From: a virus
Taxonomy: Duplodnaviria; Caudoviricetes
Virus record (IMG/VR): IMGVR_UViG_3300032305_002766
Span: 15,366 to 79,365 of that record
Strand: one strand, 5' to 3'
DNA length: 64,000 nucleotides
A model generated the notes under the pieces. That model worked only from the letters and a program-made list of their open reading frames with translations. It searched no databases and was not told the DNA's origin. Made by a program: the position numbers and the translations under genes. Below are positions 48,363 through 57,779 of the stretch, one piece after another (position 1 is the stretch's first letter; every line of letters starts with the position of its first letter).

Positions 48363-48767
48363 TTATACTACTACGTTAATACTGTCTGTTATACCAAAAT
48401 TTGTTACACTATAATATATTTTTATTATAATAGTATTTTCGTCAGCATTTGGTTGAATTAAAACATTGTTAAGAGTTACAAATGGAAAGAAAGCATTTAT
48501 TTCATTTTGGATAAGTTGTCTAACTATACCATCTGTTAATCCATTAATATTTTCATATACAAATCGTTGAAGACCACTTCCAAAAAATGGGTTGAATACA
48601 CGTTCTCCTTGATTTGTTGAGAAAAAATTAATTAAGTTATTTTTTATAGCATCTCTAGTAAAATAATTAGGTCTAAATACAGAAGGAGCGTTAAAAGGAA
48701 GGTCAACCCCTACGGCTTGTCTTCCAACGTTATCTGCTGGGAATCTATTATTTACTATAAATGCCAT
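48363..48767 (-). CDS. gp25: Baseplate wedge subunit, gp25/GPW-like
   Basis: IKNNLINFFSTNQGERVFNPFFGSGL motif. Confidence 0.9.
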   Translation of the reverse strand: MAFIVNNRFPADNVGRQAVGVDLPFNAPSVFRPNYFTRDAIKNNLINFFSTNQGERVFNPFFGSGLQRFVYENINGLTDGIVRQLIQNEINAFFPFVTLNNVLIQPNADENTIIIKIYYSVTNFGITDSINVVV

Positions 48768-49111
48768 TATTTATTCATTAAATTCATTATCATATCTAAT
48801 CCTACTTCACCTGCTGGTAGAGCACCATTAATAGTATCTACGGATTGGGGTTTAAATTCATTTGCATATTGTGAAGTAATTGCTCCACCATTTTGCATTT
48901 CACCCAAAATATTACCAAACATCGCCTGTCTTTCGGCCGCATTTAATTGTTTTGGTTTTTCAATGTGAGGTTGAGCATAAGTATCTCTTACAGATTCTTG
49001 TACAATTGTTTTAGGAGCACGAACTGCTTCCAAAAGAATTTCTTTTAATTCTTCTTGAATAGCTTCTTTAACAGCTGATTTGATTAAATTTTTAAGTTCT
49101 GTGGTTTTCAT
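48767..49111 (-). CDS. Hypothetical protein with MKTTELKNLIKSAVKE leader
   Basis: 114 aa; exact motif upstream at 49117..49124. Confidence 0.65.
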   Translation of the reverse strand: MKTTELKNLIKSAVKEAIQEELKEILLEAVRAPKTIVQESVRDTYAQPHIEKPKQLNAAERQAMFGNILGEMQNGGAITSQYANEFKPQSVDTINGALPAGEVGLDMIMNLMNK

Positions 49112-49116
49112 CGTAT

Positions 49117-49124
49117 TATAAATA
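49117..49124 (-). promoter_or_regulatory. Conserved upstream motif (sense TATTTATA)
   Basis: Exact copy 5 nt upstream of the start at 49111. Confidence 0.55.
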
Positions 49125-49129
49125 TTAAA

Positions 49130-50092
49130 TTAATAAGCTTTTAAATTATCTCTGTCAATTATCAGTTTAAGTTCATTTATTAATGTTTGATCACTTGCTG
49201 TAAATGAAAGTTCGGTGTTTATAAGTGGAACACCTTGTGAATTATAGGCAACTGCTCTTTTTCTAACAATTGAGTCATTATATGGAATTTCTTCTATTTT
49301 TATAGTAAAACCCTGGTATGTTGATTGGTTAGTTGTTTGTAGAGATTGTTGTTGAGATGTGACTGCACTTATTATATTAGGATTAACCTCAACAAGTGTA
49401 TTTAAAGCGGAAGGACTACATTTTTTTAAATACGCATCTAACTCATTTAATTTAGCTGTTAACTTATCAAGAGCAGCTGCTATTAATGCTAGTGGGATAG
49501 TAGTAGAAGAAAGAGCATCTTGGATTTTTTTAAGTTTAGATGCACCTAAATTATCAAATGAAATTCCATCAAGCGCATCTCCTAAATCACTTAGAAGAGA
49601 GGCTACAGCTCCTGGGGTTACAGGGATAGCTTTTATAGCAACTGATGCTCCTGTTTTAGCTATTTTAAGGGCATTTACTATATCAAGGGCTGTATTAAAA
49701 CCAACATTTACTCCCGTAATAGTAGAAGTTAAAGTATCTAATGTTTTTCCTACTTTATTTAATTCATCTACTATATTATTTCTTTGTGAGATTAATTTAT
49801 CTATTTGATCCGCAGGGAGACAAAAATCCGAAACTTTATCCTGAACTAATTCTGTGATTTTTTTCTGAAGGAATTGTTCTATAAAAACACTTTGACTTAA
49901 AAGTAAGTTAGGGATTTTACTTATTCCTTTAGGTTTTGATGAATCAGGTATAGATTTAATAATAGTATTAATAGTTGAAGCAGCAGCAACCGCAGCTTTA
50001 GTAGCATCTTTTATTTTTTTAGCCTTTTCAGCAGCTTGTTCAGCTTCCATTTTAGCTTTTGCTAATTCTTCTTTATTAAGTTCTATAGCCAT
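49130..50092 (-). CDS. Hypothetical helical protein in the baseplate block
   Basis: 320 aa; Ala/Leu-rich coiled coil. Confidence 0.6.
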   Translation of the reverse strand: MAIELNKEELAKAKMEAEQAAEKAKKIKDATKAAVAAASTINTIIKSIPDSSKPKGISKIPNLLLSQSVFIEQFLQKKITELVQDKVSDFCLPADQIDKLISQRNNIVDELNKVGKTLDTLTSTITGVNVGFNTALDIVNALKIAKTGASVAIKAIPVTPGAVASLLSDLGDALDGISFDNLGASKLKKIQDALSSTTIPLALIAAALDKLTAKLNELDAYLKKCSPSALNTLVEVNPNIISAVTSQQQSLQTTNQSTYQGFTIKIEEIPYNDSIVRKRAVAYNSQGVPLINTELSFTASDQTLINELKLIIDRDNLKAY

Positions 50093-50094
50093 TA

Positions 50095-51393
50095 TTATAT
50101 TGTTTTAGATACTTTAGATTTTGTTTGAGTCTCTAATTGGGTCTTAATTTTATTTAATTCAGGTATAAAAGCAGTTGTAACAAATGGATTAACAGCAGGT
50201 CCGGCTTGGGGAATTATTGTTTGTAAAGCTGTAGCTAATTGTAGTAATTGGGTGGTTAAATCACTTAAAATACTAATTGTAGTATCACCTAATAAAATAG
50301 GTTCAGTAGCATCTTTACTTCCCAAATATACATTTTGAGATTGTAATACTGAAGTAGGGGCATCAATATTTACACTAGTAACAGCATTTAATCCAACAGA
50401 TTGATTTGATGATAATAAAATATGATCTGAGGTACTATTTAATAGAATTCTACTAGCATTAGATATAACTTGACTTTCCGAATATTCATTTGGTTTGGTT
50501 GGTGCGGTTGTATAGCTATTATATGTTGTACTAGATGCATCTATTTTAATTTGTTGAGTAGATGTCATCCAAATACTTGAAGGATCTTTATTTATATCTT
50601 CATATGTTGGAATCCAAGCATCTGTATTTGATGATCCTTGTCCATTTCTAAGTAATGTAATAGGATCTCCCTCATTACCTATATCCTTAACTGACCATCC
50701 ATTGAGAGAACCTGTAACTGTGCTTCCAAAACGTAATGAGTTACCCCATCTACCTTCAAAAATTACATCACCCTCATATGGTTGAAGATTTTTTATATTT
50801 GATTTTTCTTGAAATGTATTACCTAAAAATATTTCAGTAGATCCATCTTGAACTTTTCGTACAACACCTGCTCCTGATTGTTCATAATCATTTAATTGAG
50901 CTTGTTGAGTTCCATCTCCATAATTATCTTTTGATTCTACTGATGGATCAGGTAAAGCATTATGGTGAACACTATTCCATAAGTTAACTGGTAGGAAATA
51001 GTAATATTCGGTTTTATTTAAATCTATATTATATGGATCCTGTATATCTACTGTAGGCATACTCATTATGTATGCTATCTCATTGATTAAAGGTACTTGT
51101 CTATAATTAGGGAATAAAGGTTTTGCAAAAGTATATTGAGATAGTAAATAATCTTTATCCTGAGTTTTTTCAGATGAAACAGGATTAGTTACTGAATCAA
51201 AAAGGACTCCTCCTAAAGATGCATATCCTCCATATAAATCATATAATTCAGGAATATCTCTTTTAATACCTTCTAGATCTAAAAAAACATATTTTATTCT
51301 AACAGGGGTAATAGCAAATGTCCCCTGTCTTCCAAATTTAGAAGAATTTGAAAGAATACTATTTTCAAGACCAAAATTAAAAAAACCTGCCAT
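50095..51393 (-). CDS. Baseplate hub/spike protein (gp5/GpV-like)
   Basis: N-terminal OB-like VPLINEIAYI; EGDVIFEGRWGNSLRFGS; C-terminal beta-helix-like repeats and ILLGD. Confidence 0.6.
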   Translation of the reverse strand: MAGFFNFGLENSILSNSSKFGRQGTFAITPVRIKYVFLDLEGIKRDIPELYDLYGGYASLGGVLFDSVTNPVSSEKTQDKDYLLSQYTFAKPLFPNYRQVPLINEIAYIMSMPTVDIQDPYNIDLNKTEYYYFLPVNLWNSVHHNALPDPSVESKDNYGDGTQQAQLNDYEQSGAGVVRKVQDGSTEIFLGNTFQEKSNIKNLQPYEGDVIFEGRWGNSLRFGSTVTGSLNGWSVKDIGNEGDPITLLRNGQGSSNTDAWIPTYEDINKDPSSIWMTSTQQIKIDASSTTYNSYTTAPTKPNEYSESQVISNASRILLNSTSDHILLSSNQSVGLNAVTSVNIDAPTSVLQSQNVYLGSKDATEPILLGDTTISILSDLTTQLLQLATALQTIIPQAGPAVNPFVTTAFIPELNKIKTQLETQTKSKVSKTI

Positions 51394-51734
51394 TATTTAT
51401 TATCTCCTCCTTTAAGATCATTCATTGCTGAAAGTAATTGTTCTTTTTCTTCATCAGAGATAGTTAATGAACCTTCTGATGTTTGGGTTTGCATAGCACG
51501 TTGAGCTAAAGCAGCCATTTTGATTAAAATATCATCATTTTTAACCCCTATATCCATATATTCTTTAATCAATGGAACTACTAAAGTAGCATCCCCCACA
51601 TCTGAAATAAGAGGTTTTAATTCATTGATTAAAGCCGTGACTTGTTTGTCTTTTTTCTGTTGGTTATTATAAATTTCCTCCAATATATCAGAGAATTTTT
51701 TCTTACCAAAGACTACATTATCAAATTGTGACAT
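51393..51734 (-). CDS. Hypothetical helical protein
   Basis: 113 aa; motif GATAAATA (plus strand, 51757..51764) upstream. Confidence 0.6.
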   Translation of the reverse strand: MSQFDNVVFGKKKFSDILEEIYNNQQKKDKQVTALINELKPLISDVGDATLVVPLIKEYMDIGVKNDDILIKMAALAQRAMQTQTSEGSLTISDEEKEQLLSAMNDLKGGDNK

Positions 51735-51770
51735 AAATATACAATATTAGTTTTTTGATAAATATTAAAA

Positions 51771-52475
51771 CTAAAAATTTGTATATCCGTTTTCTAAATA
51801 AAAGACGTAATTTTCTTTAAATACATCATATAGCTGATTAGCTATTTTAGTGATTTTTGGTGTTTTAACATCTATAATTTCACGGATATAAATGTAAAGT
51901 GCTTTTTTATTGAAAATATCTAAATTTTCTCTTTTACGAAATAATTCTAAAATGGCATCTGCTATTTGGGCATCATATTCTTTAGGAAAAAGTTTATATA
52001 TATTTGTTGTACAATATTCTACATATTCATTTATAAACATAGATAATCTATCTTCATGGATATTATCATCTATATTGTATGAATGGGTTTCACTTTCTTC
52101 TAGTAATTCAATAGGTGCAGTATCAATACGTTTTTTATAATTTTTCTGATTTGAAAGAATTAAATAACGTTTTGCAATAGTACCAAAATATGAATATGCT
52201 TTGGCTCCCTTTTCATGATTAAATAAATGAATTTTAGATAAAAGGAATGTAATTACTTCATGTTGTAAATCTTCAATATTATCTACTTCAGTATAATAAA
52301 ATTTAAAAGTATGAATGATATTTTCGGTTAATTTAAAGAAAGCATAATGTATTTCTTCTCTATATATCTTTGAACGTTCATCAAAATCAGAAGATTGGTT
52401 GTATCTAATAATGGCATTTTCAGTAGCTTGAGTAAAATATTGTACTCCCTTTTTCTTTTTTACTGTTTGTTCCAT
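51771..52475 (-). CDS. Phage RNA polymerase sigma-like factor (T4 gp55-like)
   Basis: YFT...ENAIIRY; EDLQHEVITFLL...F...KGAKAYSYFGTIAKR resembles sigma region 2. Start placed at MEQTV, after the upstream stop. Confidence 0.65.
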   Translation of the reverse strand: MEQTVKKKKGVQYFTQATENAIIRYNQSSDFDERSKIYREEIHYAFFKLTENIIHTFKFYYTEVDNIEDLQHEVITFLLSKIHLFNHEKGAKAYSYFGTIAKRYLILSNQKNYKKRIDTAPIELLEESETHSYNIDDNIHEDRLSMFINEYVEYCTTNIYKLFPKEYDAQIADAILELFRKRENLDIFNKKALYIYIREIIDVKTPKITKIANQLYDVFKENYVFYLENGYTNF

Positions 52476-52476
52476 A

Positions 52477-52752
52477 CTACAATTTTCGTATATCAAACGA
52501 ATTTAATACATCTTGGATAGCTAGGATTGATTGAAAGAAAAAACCGATTTCATCATCTGATTTAAAACTACCTTTAGCATCTATTTCTTCTAATTTTCTA
52601 TTAGATGTTTGGATAATATCTGAGATTTTATTTAGGTATCTCATATATCCTGCTAAAATATCTTCTTGTTTTTCGTTTTTACGTAAAAGGTTAAAGGTCG
52701 TATATCCTAAGATTACGACCAATATTGACAATATAATTACTAATAGTATCAT
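52477..52752 (-). CDS. Small membrane protein
   Basis: N-terminal TM helix plus a helical soluble part. Confidence 0.6.
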   Translation of the reverse strand: MILLVIILSILVVILGYTTFNLLRKNEKQEDILAGYMRYLNKISDIIQTSNRKLEEIDAKGSFKSDDEIGFFFQSILAIQDVLNSFDIRKL

Positions 52753-53546
52753 AAGTTATCTAACATATTTTTTAAACTATCACTTTTCACACTATTTAAA
52801 GCTTTCACTTTATTTGATGCTGAAGGATATGATTTTTTATCATTTGACCCCAATGTAAAATTTTTCTTTCCGGCATCCAAGGGTTTTTTATCTTCTTTTA
52901 ATTTAGGTAACCACTCACGTTCAAATTCGATACGTGCAGCCATTAAATCGGCCTGATGTAAAATAAAAGGTAAAGATGTTCTTGGTTTTTGTTCTGGCAT
53001 ATAAGACATAAGGTATTTTTCATTTGCCTTATCATATAAACCATCATGCGTCTGAATAGCAATCATTTCATTAAATGTATACTGAATACCATGAGACTGT
53101 AACATAAATAATCCTCTATCTGGGACTGAAGCAAATGATACTTTAGTATTGAACATATAATCTTCTCCTAATTTTTCACGTCTCCAATTATCAGTCTGAG
53201 GAATATATGATTCTTGTTCTTCATCTCCCATTTTACCTAAATCATGATTCAAAGCTGAGAATATTAATTCTTCAGTTGTAAATGTAGACATATCACATCC
53301 TTCACTTTGCCATAACTCAGCTTGTTTAATAGAACATCTAATAACACGTAAAACATGCTCAACATATCCTCCAGGAAAAGCATTATGATATTCTTTTTTA
53401 TGAGCAGCAGGCATTAACATTATGCGTTCGGCATATTGATCATAGAATGCTAATAATTTTTCTTTACGAGGTTCCGAGATGTACTCATTAATATACCCCA
53501 TTAATTCATTCCAATTGTCTTGGATTTGTTCTGCTGTTAATTGCAT
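52749..53546 (-). CDS. HD-domain phosphohydrolase (YhaM-like motif set)
   Basis: HNAFPGGYVEH, LNHDLGK, IQTHDG, LHQAD motifs. Confidence 0.85.
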   Translation of the reverse strand: MQLTAEQIQDNWNELMGYINEYISEPRKEKLLAFYDQYAERIMLMPAAHKKEYHNAFPGGYVEHVLRVIRCSIKQAELWQSEGCDMSTFTTEELIFSALNHDLGKMGDEEQESYIPQTDNWRREKLGEDYMFNTKVSFASVPDRGLFMLQSHGIQYTFNEMIAIQTHDGLYDKANEKYLMSYMPEQKPRTSLPFILHQADLMAARIEFEREWLPKLKEDKKPLDAGKKNFTLGSNDKKSYPSASNKVKALNSVKSDSLKNMLDNL

Positions 53547-53555
53547 ATAACTTAT

Positions 53556-53753
53556 TTAATATTGATTTACTTCTCCGGGGGATAACGGTTCTTGTTGAAC
53601 AAATGACTTAGCATCTTGGAGACATTCACGTGCATCTCTTAATACTTCCTCTACTTGTTCGGATGACCCTCCTCGATTTAGGAAGAAATATAGTTTCTCA
53701 ATATTCCCTTCCACCCGTTCTAATCGTCTCATTATAATCTCTCTATTCTTCAT
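53556..53753 (-). CDS. Small coiled-coil hypothetical protein
   Basis: 65 aa from MKNREIIMRR. Confidence 0.5.
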   Translation of the reverse strand: MKNREIIMRRLERVEGNIEKLYFFLNRGGSSEQVEEVLRDARECLQDAKSFVQQEPLSPGEVNQY

Positions 53754-53821
53754 ATACTTTATTTTAAATGTTTTAAACCCTCGTATCCCCAATATACGAG
53801 ATCAATATCATGCCTCCAAGC

Positions 53822-54274
53822 TTACTTTAAGAAGCTTTCAATAAGATTTTGGATTTTTTTAAGATGCGCACATTTTTCATATTCTTCTGATTCTTCAAAA
53901 TATGAAATTGTAAATTTTACACTGGATAGGAAGATTTCATCTGAATGGAAATGGATAGCATCTTGATGATATTCTAATGATAAGTCTACCTTCTCTATCC
54001 AATACCAGGCTCTATTGTACGCTATAAATTCTCCAGCATTTTCGACATCAAATAAATCTAATTCTTCATTCATTTTCTCAAAGAATTGGATTACTTTTTT
54101 ACTGAAGGTTTTATGATTATAGATAAGTTTCTTAAACATTCCTACCCAGAATAAAGGATGTTGTTTATAATCCTCTAATAAATAGGACATATCATTTTCA
54201 TGATCAAATAAAGGTTTAGAACCTTCACCTGAAGAATCAAATAAATCAAATATTTTGTCTTTATCCACATACAT
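53822..54274 (-). CDS. Hypothetical protein with a UVR-like C-terminal helix
   Basis: C-terminal EEYEKCAHLKKI; motifs upstream at 54301..54308. Confidence 0.6.
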   Translation of the reverse strand: MYVDKDKIFDLFDSSGEGSKPLFDHENDMSYLLEDYKQHPLFWVGMFKKLIYNHKTFSKKVIQFFEKMNEELDLFDVENAGEFIAYNRAWYWIEKVDLSLEYHQDAIHFHSDEIFLSSVKFTISYFEESEEYEKCAHLKKIQNLIESFLK

Positions 54275-54300
54275 ACATATGTACTTTATAACTTTATGAA

Positions 54301-54308
54301 TATAAATA
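54301..54308 (-). promoter_or_regulatory. Conserved upstream motif (sense TATTTATA)
   Basis: Exact copy immediately past the terminator at 54314..54339. Confidence 0.55.
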
Positions 54309-54313
54309 TATAC

Positions 54314-54339
54314 AAAAAAAGCCGGGATTACCCGGCTTT
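54314..54339 (-). terminator. Rho-independent terminator after the lysis genes
   Basis: AAAGCCGGG/CCCGGCTTT stem plus T tract on the minus strand. Confidence 0.8.
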
Positions 54340-54359
54340 CCTAATAGTTTATTATTTAT

Positions 54360-54950
54360 TTACTTAATATCTGAAGATTCGATTAAGGTATATGTAAATG
54401 ATTTACCATGAATAGCGGCTGCTTTACGAGCAATAACCATAAATGCTTCAAAATCTGATGCTTTTTTAAATACTTGACACCCTTCAGACCAGTTTTCTAC
54501 GTAAGTAGAATCTGCACCTGCTTTATGAATGTTAATACCAAATACACCCTCAGCAATTTTAGTTTCATCATAAGTCATATCTCTATTTGCATCACGATAA
54601 ACTTTTACTGGTTTAGCTTGTTTTAAAGCTTCGTATTTTCCTTGGTGTAAACCTAAAGTGTGTGAACCTCTATATTGACCTTCAACTAAACGAGCAACCC
54701 CAGCGGCATTATGGTATTCTTTTACTCCTTTCTTACCAGGGTCTGTAGTACAAGGCCATTGACCAAATCTCCATTCACCCCCTTCTTTATAAGAAACAGT
54801 TATTGTATCATCAAATACATTTGTTACTACTTGACCAGTTGATGAGTTTCTAACTCCTACTATATTTACATCAAAATCTTTTGCTCCTTCAAACCAAACA
54901 TACCCTTTGGCTTTAACAGCAGCTTCAATTTGTTCTCTTGTATATGCCAT
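54360..54950 (-). CDS. Putative endolysin, L,D-transpeptidase (YkuD)-like catalytic motif
   Basis: VNIVGVRN, FDD, GINIH...NWSEGCQV (His...Cys). Confidence 0.65.
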   Translation of the reverse strand: MAYTREQIEAAVKAKGYVWFEGAKDFDVNIVGVRNSSTGQVVTNVFDDTITVSYKEGGEWRFGQWPCTTDPGKKGVKEYHNAAGVARLVEGQYRGSHTLGLHQGKYEALKQAKPVKVYRDANRDMTYDETKIAEGVFGINIHKAGADSTYVENWSEGCQVFKKASDFEAFMVIARKAAAIHGKSFTYTLIESSDIK

Positions 54951-54955
54951 TTTAT

Positions 54956-55567
54956 TTATTTTACGAATTGATAATATTTAAATGTTTTTTCTTCGCGATC
55001 CGCAAGGCCATGTGTTCCGCCATTGATTCGTTTTGTAAGCGCAAGTATCGCGTTTTTATCAACGCCTTTATCGCATATGTCCCATAATTTATTGCGGTCA
55101 AAGAAAAACATTGCTGATTCAAAAGCATAAGTAGTTGCTACTAAATCGGGAGTAGTTATTATTTCGGGCTTATTCAAATATTTTGAAAAAGCTTCATAAT
55201 TCGATTTTCCGGTAAGTTGTAATGCACCTCGCCCCCTATATTTCCAACCATCTCCGGATGCTTCATCGCCATTACCCATTCGGCTAGCATATACTCGGTT
55301 GGCAATTTTTTCTGGTTGGCGCGCATATGACTCTTCTAAATTACCCGGAAAGTATTTACCAAAAATCCCTTGTAATCCTTGGGATGAATAATTTAAATTT
55401 TCTGAAAATGCTTTAAAACCTCCTGTTTCGTGAGACGTTTGAGCAAAGAAATGTGCTGCACGTATTGGGGTTAATTTGTAATAAGCCATAGCGGCTTTTA
55501 TTGTACCTGGACCAAAAGCACCATCGGCTGTTACTCCTATTTTTTCTTGTAAACTTTTTAAGCTCAT
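54956..55567 (-). CDS. Glycoside hydrolase family 19 endolysin
   Basis: AAHFFAQTSHETGGF, ENLNYS, YRGRGALQLTGKSNY, TKRINGG motifs. Confidence 0.92.
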   Translation of the reverse strand: MSLKSLQEKIGVTADGAFGPGTIKAAMAYYKLTPIRAAHFFAQTSHETGGFKAFSENLNYSSQGLQGIFGKYFPGNLEESYARQPEKIANRVYASRMGNGDEASGDGWKYRGRGALQLTGKSNYEAFSKYLNKPEIITTPDLVATTYAFESAMFFFDRNKLWDICDKGVDKNAILALTKRINGGTHGLADREEKTFKYYQFVK

Positions 55568-55573
55568 TTTTTA

Positions 55574-55837
55574 TTAGTTTTCGTTATTACTATCTTCTTC
55601 GTGTTTATCTTTCTTATTTAACCACTTGTCAACAGAAGCAATACCAAATGATCCTAATACGATTACCATAAAGCCATCAAAAATAAATTTATTGATTAAC
55701 AATGGATTACCATAAGCCCCAGTAATTAAATCTACTGCTAAAGCTATTACTAGCATTAAAAATGCTATGAAACCAACTACTGCTTTTTCGTTGATTGAAT
55801 TGTTATCATCAAACAATTGTTTAAAGAATTTTTTCAT
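55574..55837 (-). CDS. Holin-like two-TM protein
   Basis: Two hydrophobic helices and a charged tail, directly upstream of the endolysins. Confidence 0.6.
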   Translation of the reverse strand: MKKFFKQLFDDNNSINEKAVVGFIAFLMLVIALAVDLITGAYGNPLLINKFIFDGFMVIVLGSFGIASVDKWLNKKDKHEEDSNNEN

Positions 55838-55894
55838 TTGTTATTTAAATTTAGTTAATAATCAAATAACTTTATTTTAAATAACTTTTTCAAT

Positions 55895-55902
55895 TATAAA
55901 TA
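55895..55902 (-). promoter_or_regulatory. Conserved upstream motif (sense TATTTATA) heading the lysis operon
   Basis: Exact copy 57 nt upstream of the holin start. Confidence 0.55.
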
Positions 55903-56355
55903 TTAAGGTTTTAAATAGAATTCAATTTGATGTTTTGCATGTTCTATTAACCAAGGTTCCACATTAGGTATTTTAAAAAGCAATTCAATTTCATATGTGT
56001 AACATAATATTTCTTCCTCATTAAATTCCATCTTAATTTGGTTTTTAAGTAAATATAGATGAAGGGATTCATGTACTAAAATAGCAGCTATATCATTAAT
56101 ATTTCCCTTTAATATCTCTTTTTGAGCAATTAAGATTGTAGTCCCACTTTCGGTAGTAGAAAAAGATAAAAGTGAGTAACTAACATGCTCACAGTTTTCT
56201 ATCAATAGAGTATACTTCTCGTAATCATATTGTTTTATAACCTCTATAGCCTGTTCAACTTTATTTTTCCATCCATCTCCAACATCATCTATTTTGATTT
56301 GAGCTGAGAGGATAAATGGGAAAAAGATACTAAGGCATTTTACTAATAGCTTCAT
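55903..56355 (-). CDS. Secreted HExxH metallopeptidase-like protein
   Basis: Signal peptide ending LSAQ; ILVHESLH...EE motif. Confidence 0.55.
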   Translation of the reverse strand: MKLLVKCLSIFFPFILSAQIKIDDVGDGWKNKVEQAIEVIKQYDYEKYTLLIENCEHVSYSLLSFSTTESGTTILIAQKEILKGNINDIAAILVHESLHLYLLKNQIKMEFNEEEILCYTYEIELLFKIPNVEPWLIEHAKHQIEFYLKP

Positions 56356-56779
56356 TTATTGCTTTTTTTATGGCAGAGGATACTGTCATTTTTTCAAATG
56401 GGATTGCACCTTCTTTTACCTCGATTAAAACTGCTGTAATTTCGGTTTCGGATTCACCTATACCTTCATATTTAATATCTTTATAACATAAACGCACTCC
56501 AACTTGAGTAATTACATTTGAACGTTCTACCCCCATTACTCGAATAGTATTTTTTGGAATACCAAAGTAATAAATTTCAACTTTAATAGGATCACCTTTA
56601 TCGTCCAAACAATATTTTTCAGATAAAGCATCTTCTACAATTTGTTTGATACCAAAGCGAATATCACGTGTACCTAGTTCCCTTACTTTTGCGGTTACAA
56701 ACACAGTATCTACATAGACACATTGTTGTGCAACTAGCATAAACGGGAATAAAAATAACGATAAAAATAGCTGTTTCAT
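56330..56779 (-). CDS. Secreted CsgG-like minimal-domain protein
   Basis: Signal peptide; its C-half (GIGESETE...FEKMTVSSAIKKAINEA) parallels the 59245..59973 protein (GLGEAIT...FNQSTIGISTKKALETA). Confidence 0.5.
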   Translation of the reverse strand: MKQLFLSLFLFPFMLVAQQCVYVDTVFVTAKVRELGTRDIRFGIKQIVEDALSEKYCLDDKGDPIKVEIYYFGIPKNTIRVMGVERSNVITQVGVRLCYKDIKYEGIGESETEITAVLIEVKEGAIPFEKMTVSSAIKKAINEAISKMP

Positions 56780-56780
56780 G

Positions 56781-57779
56781 TTAATAAGTTACTTGCCCCT
56801 TATATCCGGGAGCGATTAGATAATAGTTTCCTGTAGTGGTACCACTTACAGGGGAATTAATTGTGATTGAGCTTACACCTGGTATGGTGGAGCGCAAATC
56901 GGTTGTACCTATTGTTAAAGATGTATATTGTGTTGGGGTAAATATTCTAGATGTATAAGGGAATGTTGCTAGTCCGTTTTGTTTTCTATTGATGTAAATA
57001 GCATCTGAGACGCTTATTTTTCCATCATTGTTTGTATCGTATTGTAACCAATGTATACTTTTTCTTACTGTATTGCCTAATATATTATCTGTTACACCTC
57101 TAATATCTGTTATAGTGTGGGATGTTATAGGGGTTGGGGCATCTATTTGTATGTACCATTCAACTGATGGATTTGTTGCTTGGGAAAATGAATAGTATCC
57201 TGAGGAATTAGTGTACACTGTTTGTTGAACAACCCATGCTGTATAAGTTACTATATACTCAAACTCTAATACATAAGGTAGCGAGCTTGAATTATTCAAG
57301 TCATTCCATTTACCCCCACCAACGAACTGAATGTAATCTTCATTCCCTGAATTATTTGGTTCACCCCCATTCCAGGAAGAGTAAGAATATGTTTCCCCAG
57401 TTACCCATCTCCACACACCTTCAGTCACTTCATCTGTTAATCCAATCCAACCAGAAGGCCATAAATTAAATATGAAAGAGTTTTCAGCTGCTGTAGTTAC
57501 TGTTACTAAATGCCCACCCATAGCTTCACAATTAGATCTAGCAGTTGTCCATACTGCCGATCCAGTTGATCGATAATATGAATGACCATTGTAATTGTTT
57601 TGTGAAGTAAATCCGGTTAGTGTTGGAGTAGTTCTTTTATACAATTTAACAGGTACATTTATAGCACCTGTACCATCTGCATTTCTAATATAGCCGGAAT
57701 ATGTAAATGTTTGGGAAAACAAGTTACATGAAAATAATATGAGTAATATTATTGTCCTACCAATATCCTTGTACCGCAT
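56781..57779 (-). CDS. Secreted C-type lectin plus dockerin-like protein
   Basis: Signal peptide; YNGHSYY...W..ARSNCEAMGGHLVT...WIGLTD...W.W..GE...W..GEPNN...ED C-type lectin; DTNNDGKISVSD EF-hand/dockerin loop. Confidence 0.8.
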   Translation of the reverse strand: MRYKDIGRTIILLILFSCNLFSQTFTYSGYIRNADGTGAINVPVKLYKRTTPTLTGFTSQNNYNGHSYYRSTGSAVWTTARSNCEAMGGHLVTVTTAAENSFIFNLWPSGWIGLTDEVTEGVWRWVTGETYSYSSWNGGEPNNSGNEDYIQFVGGGKWNDLNNSSSLPYVLEFEYIVTYTAWVVQQTVYTNSSGYYSFSQATNPSVEWYIQIDAPTPITSHTITDIRGVTDNILGNTVRKSIHWLQYDTNNDGKISVSDAIYINRKQNGLATFPYTSRIFTPTQYTSLTIGTTDLRSTIPGVSSITINSPVSGTTTGNYYLIAPGYKGQVTY

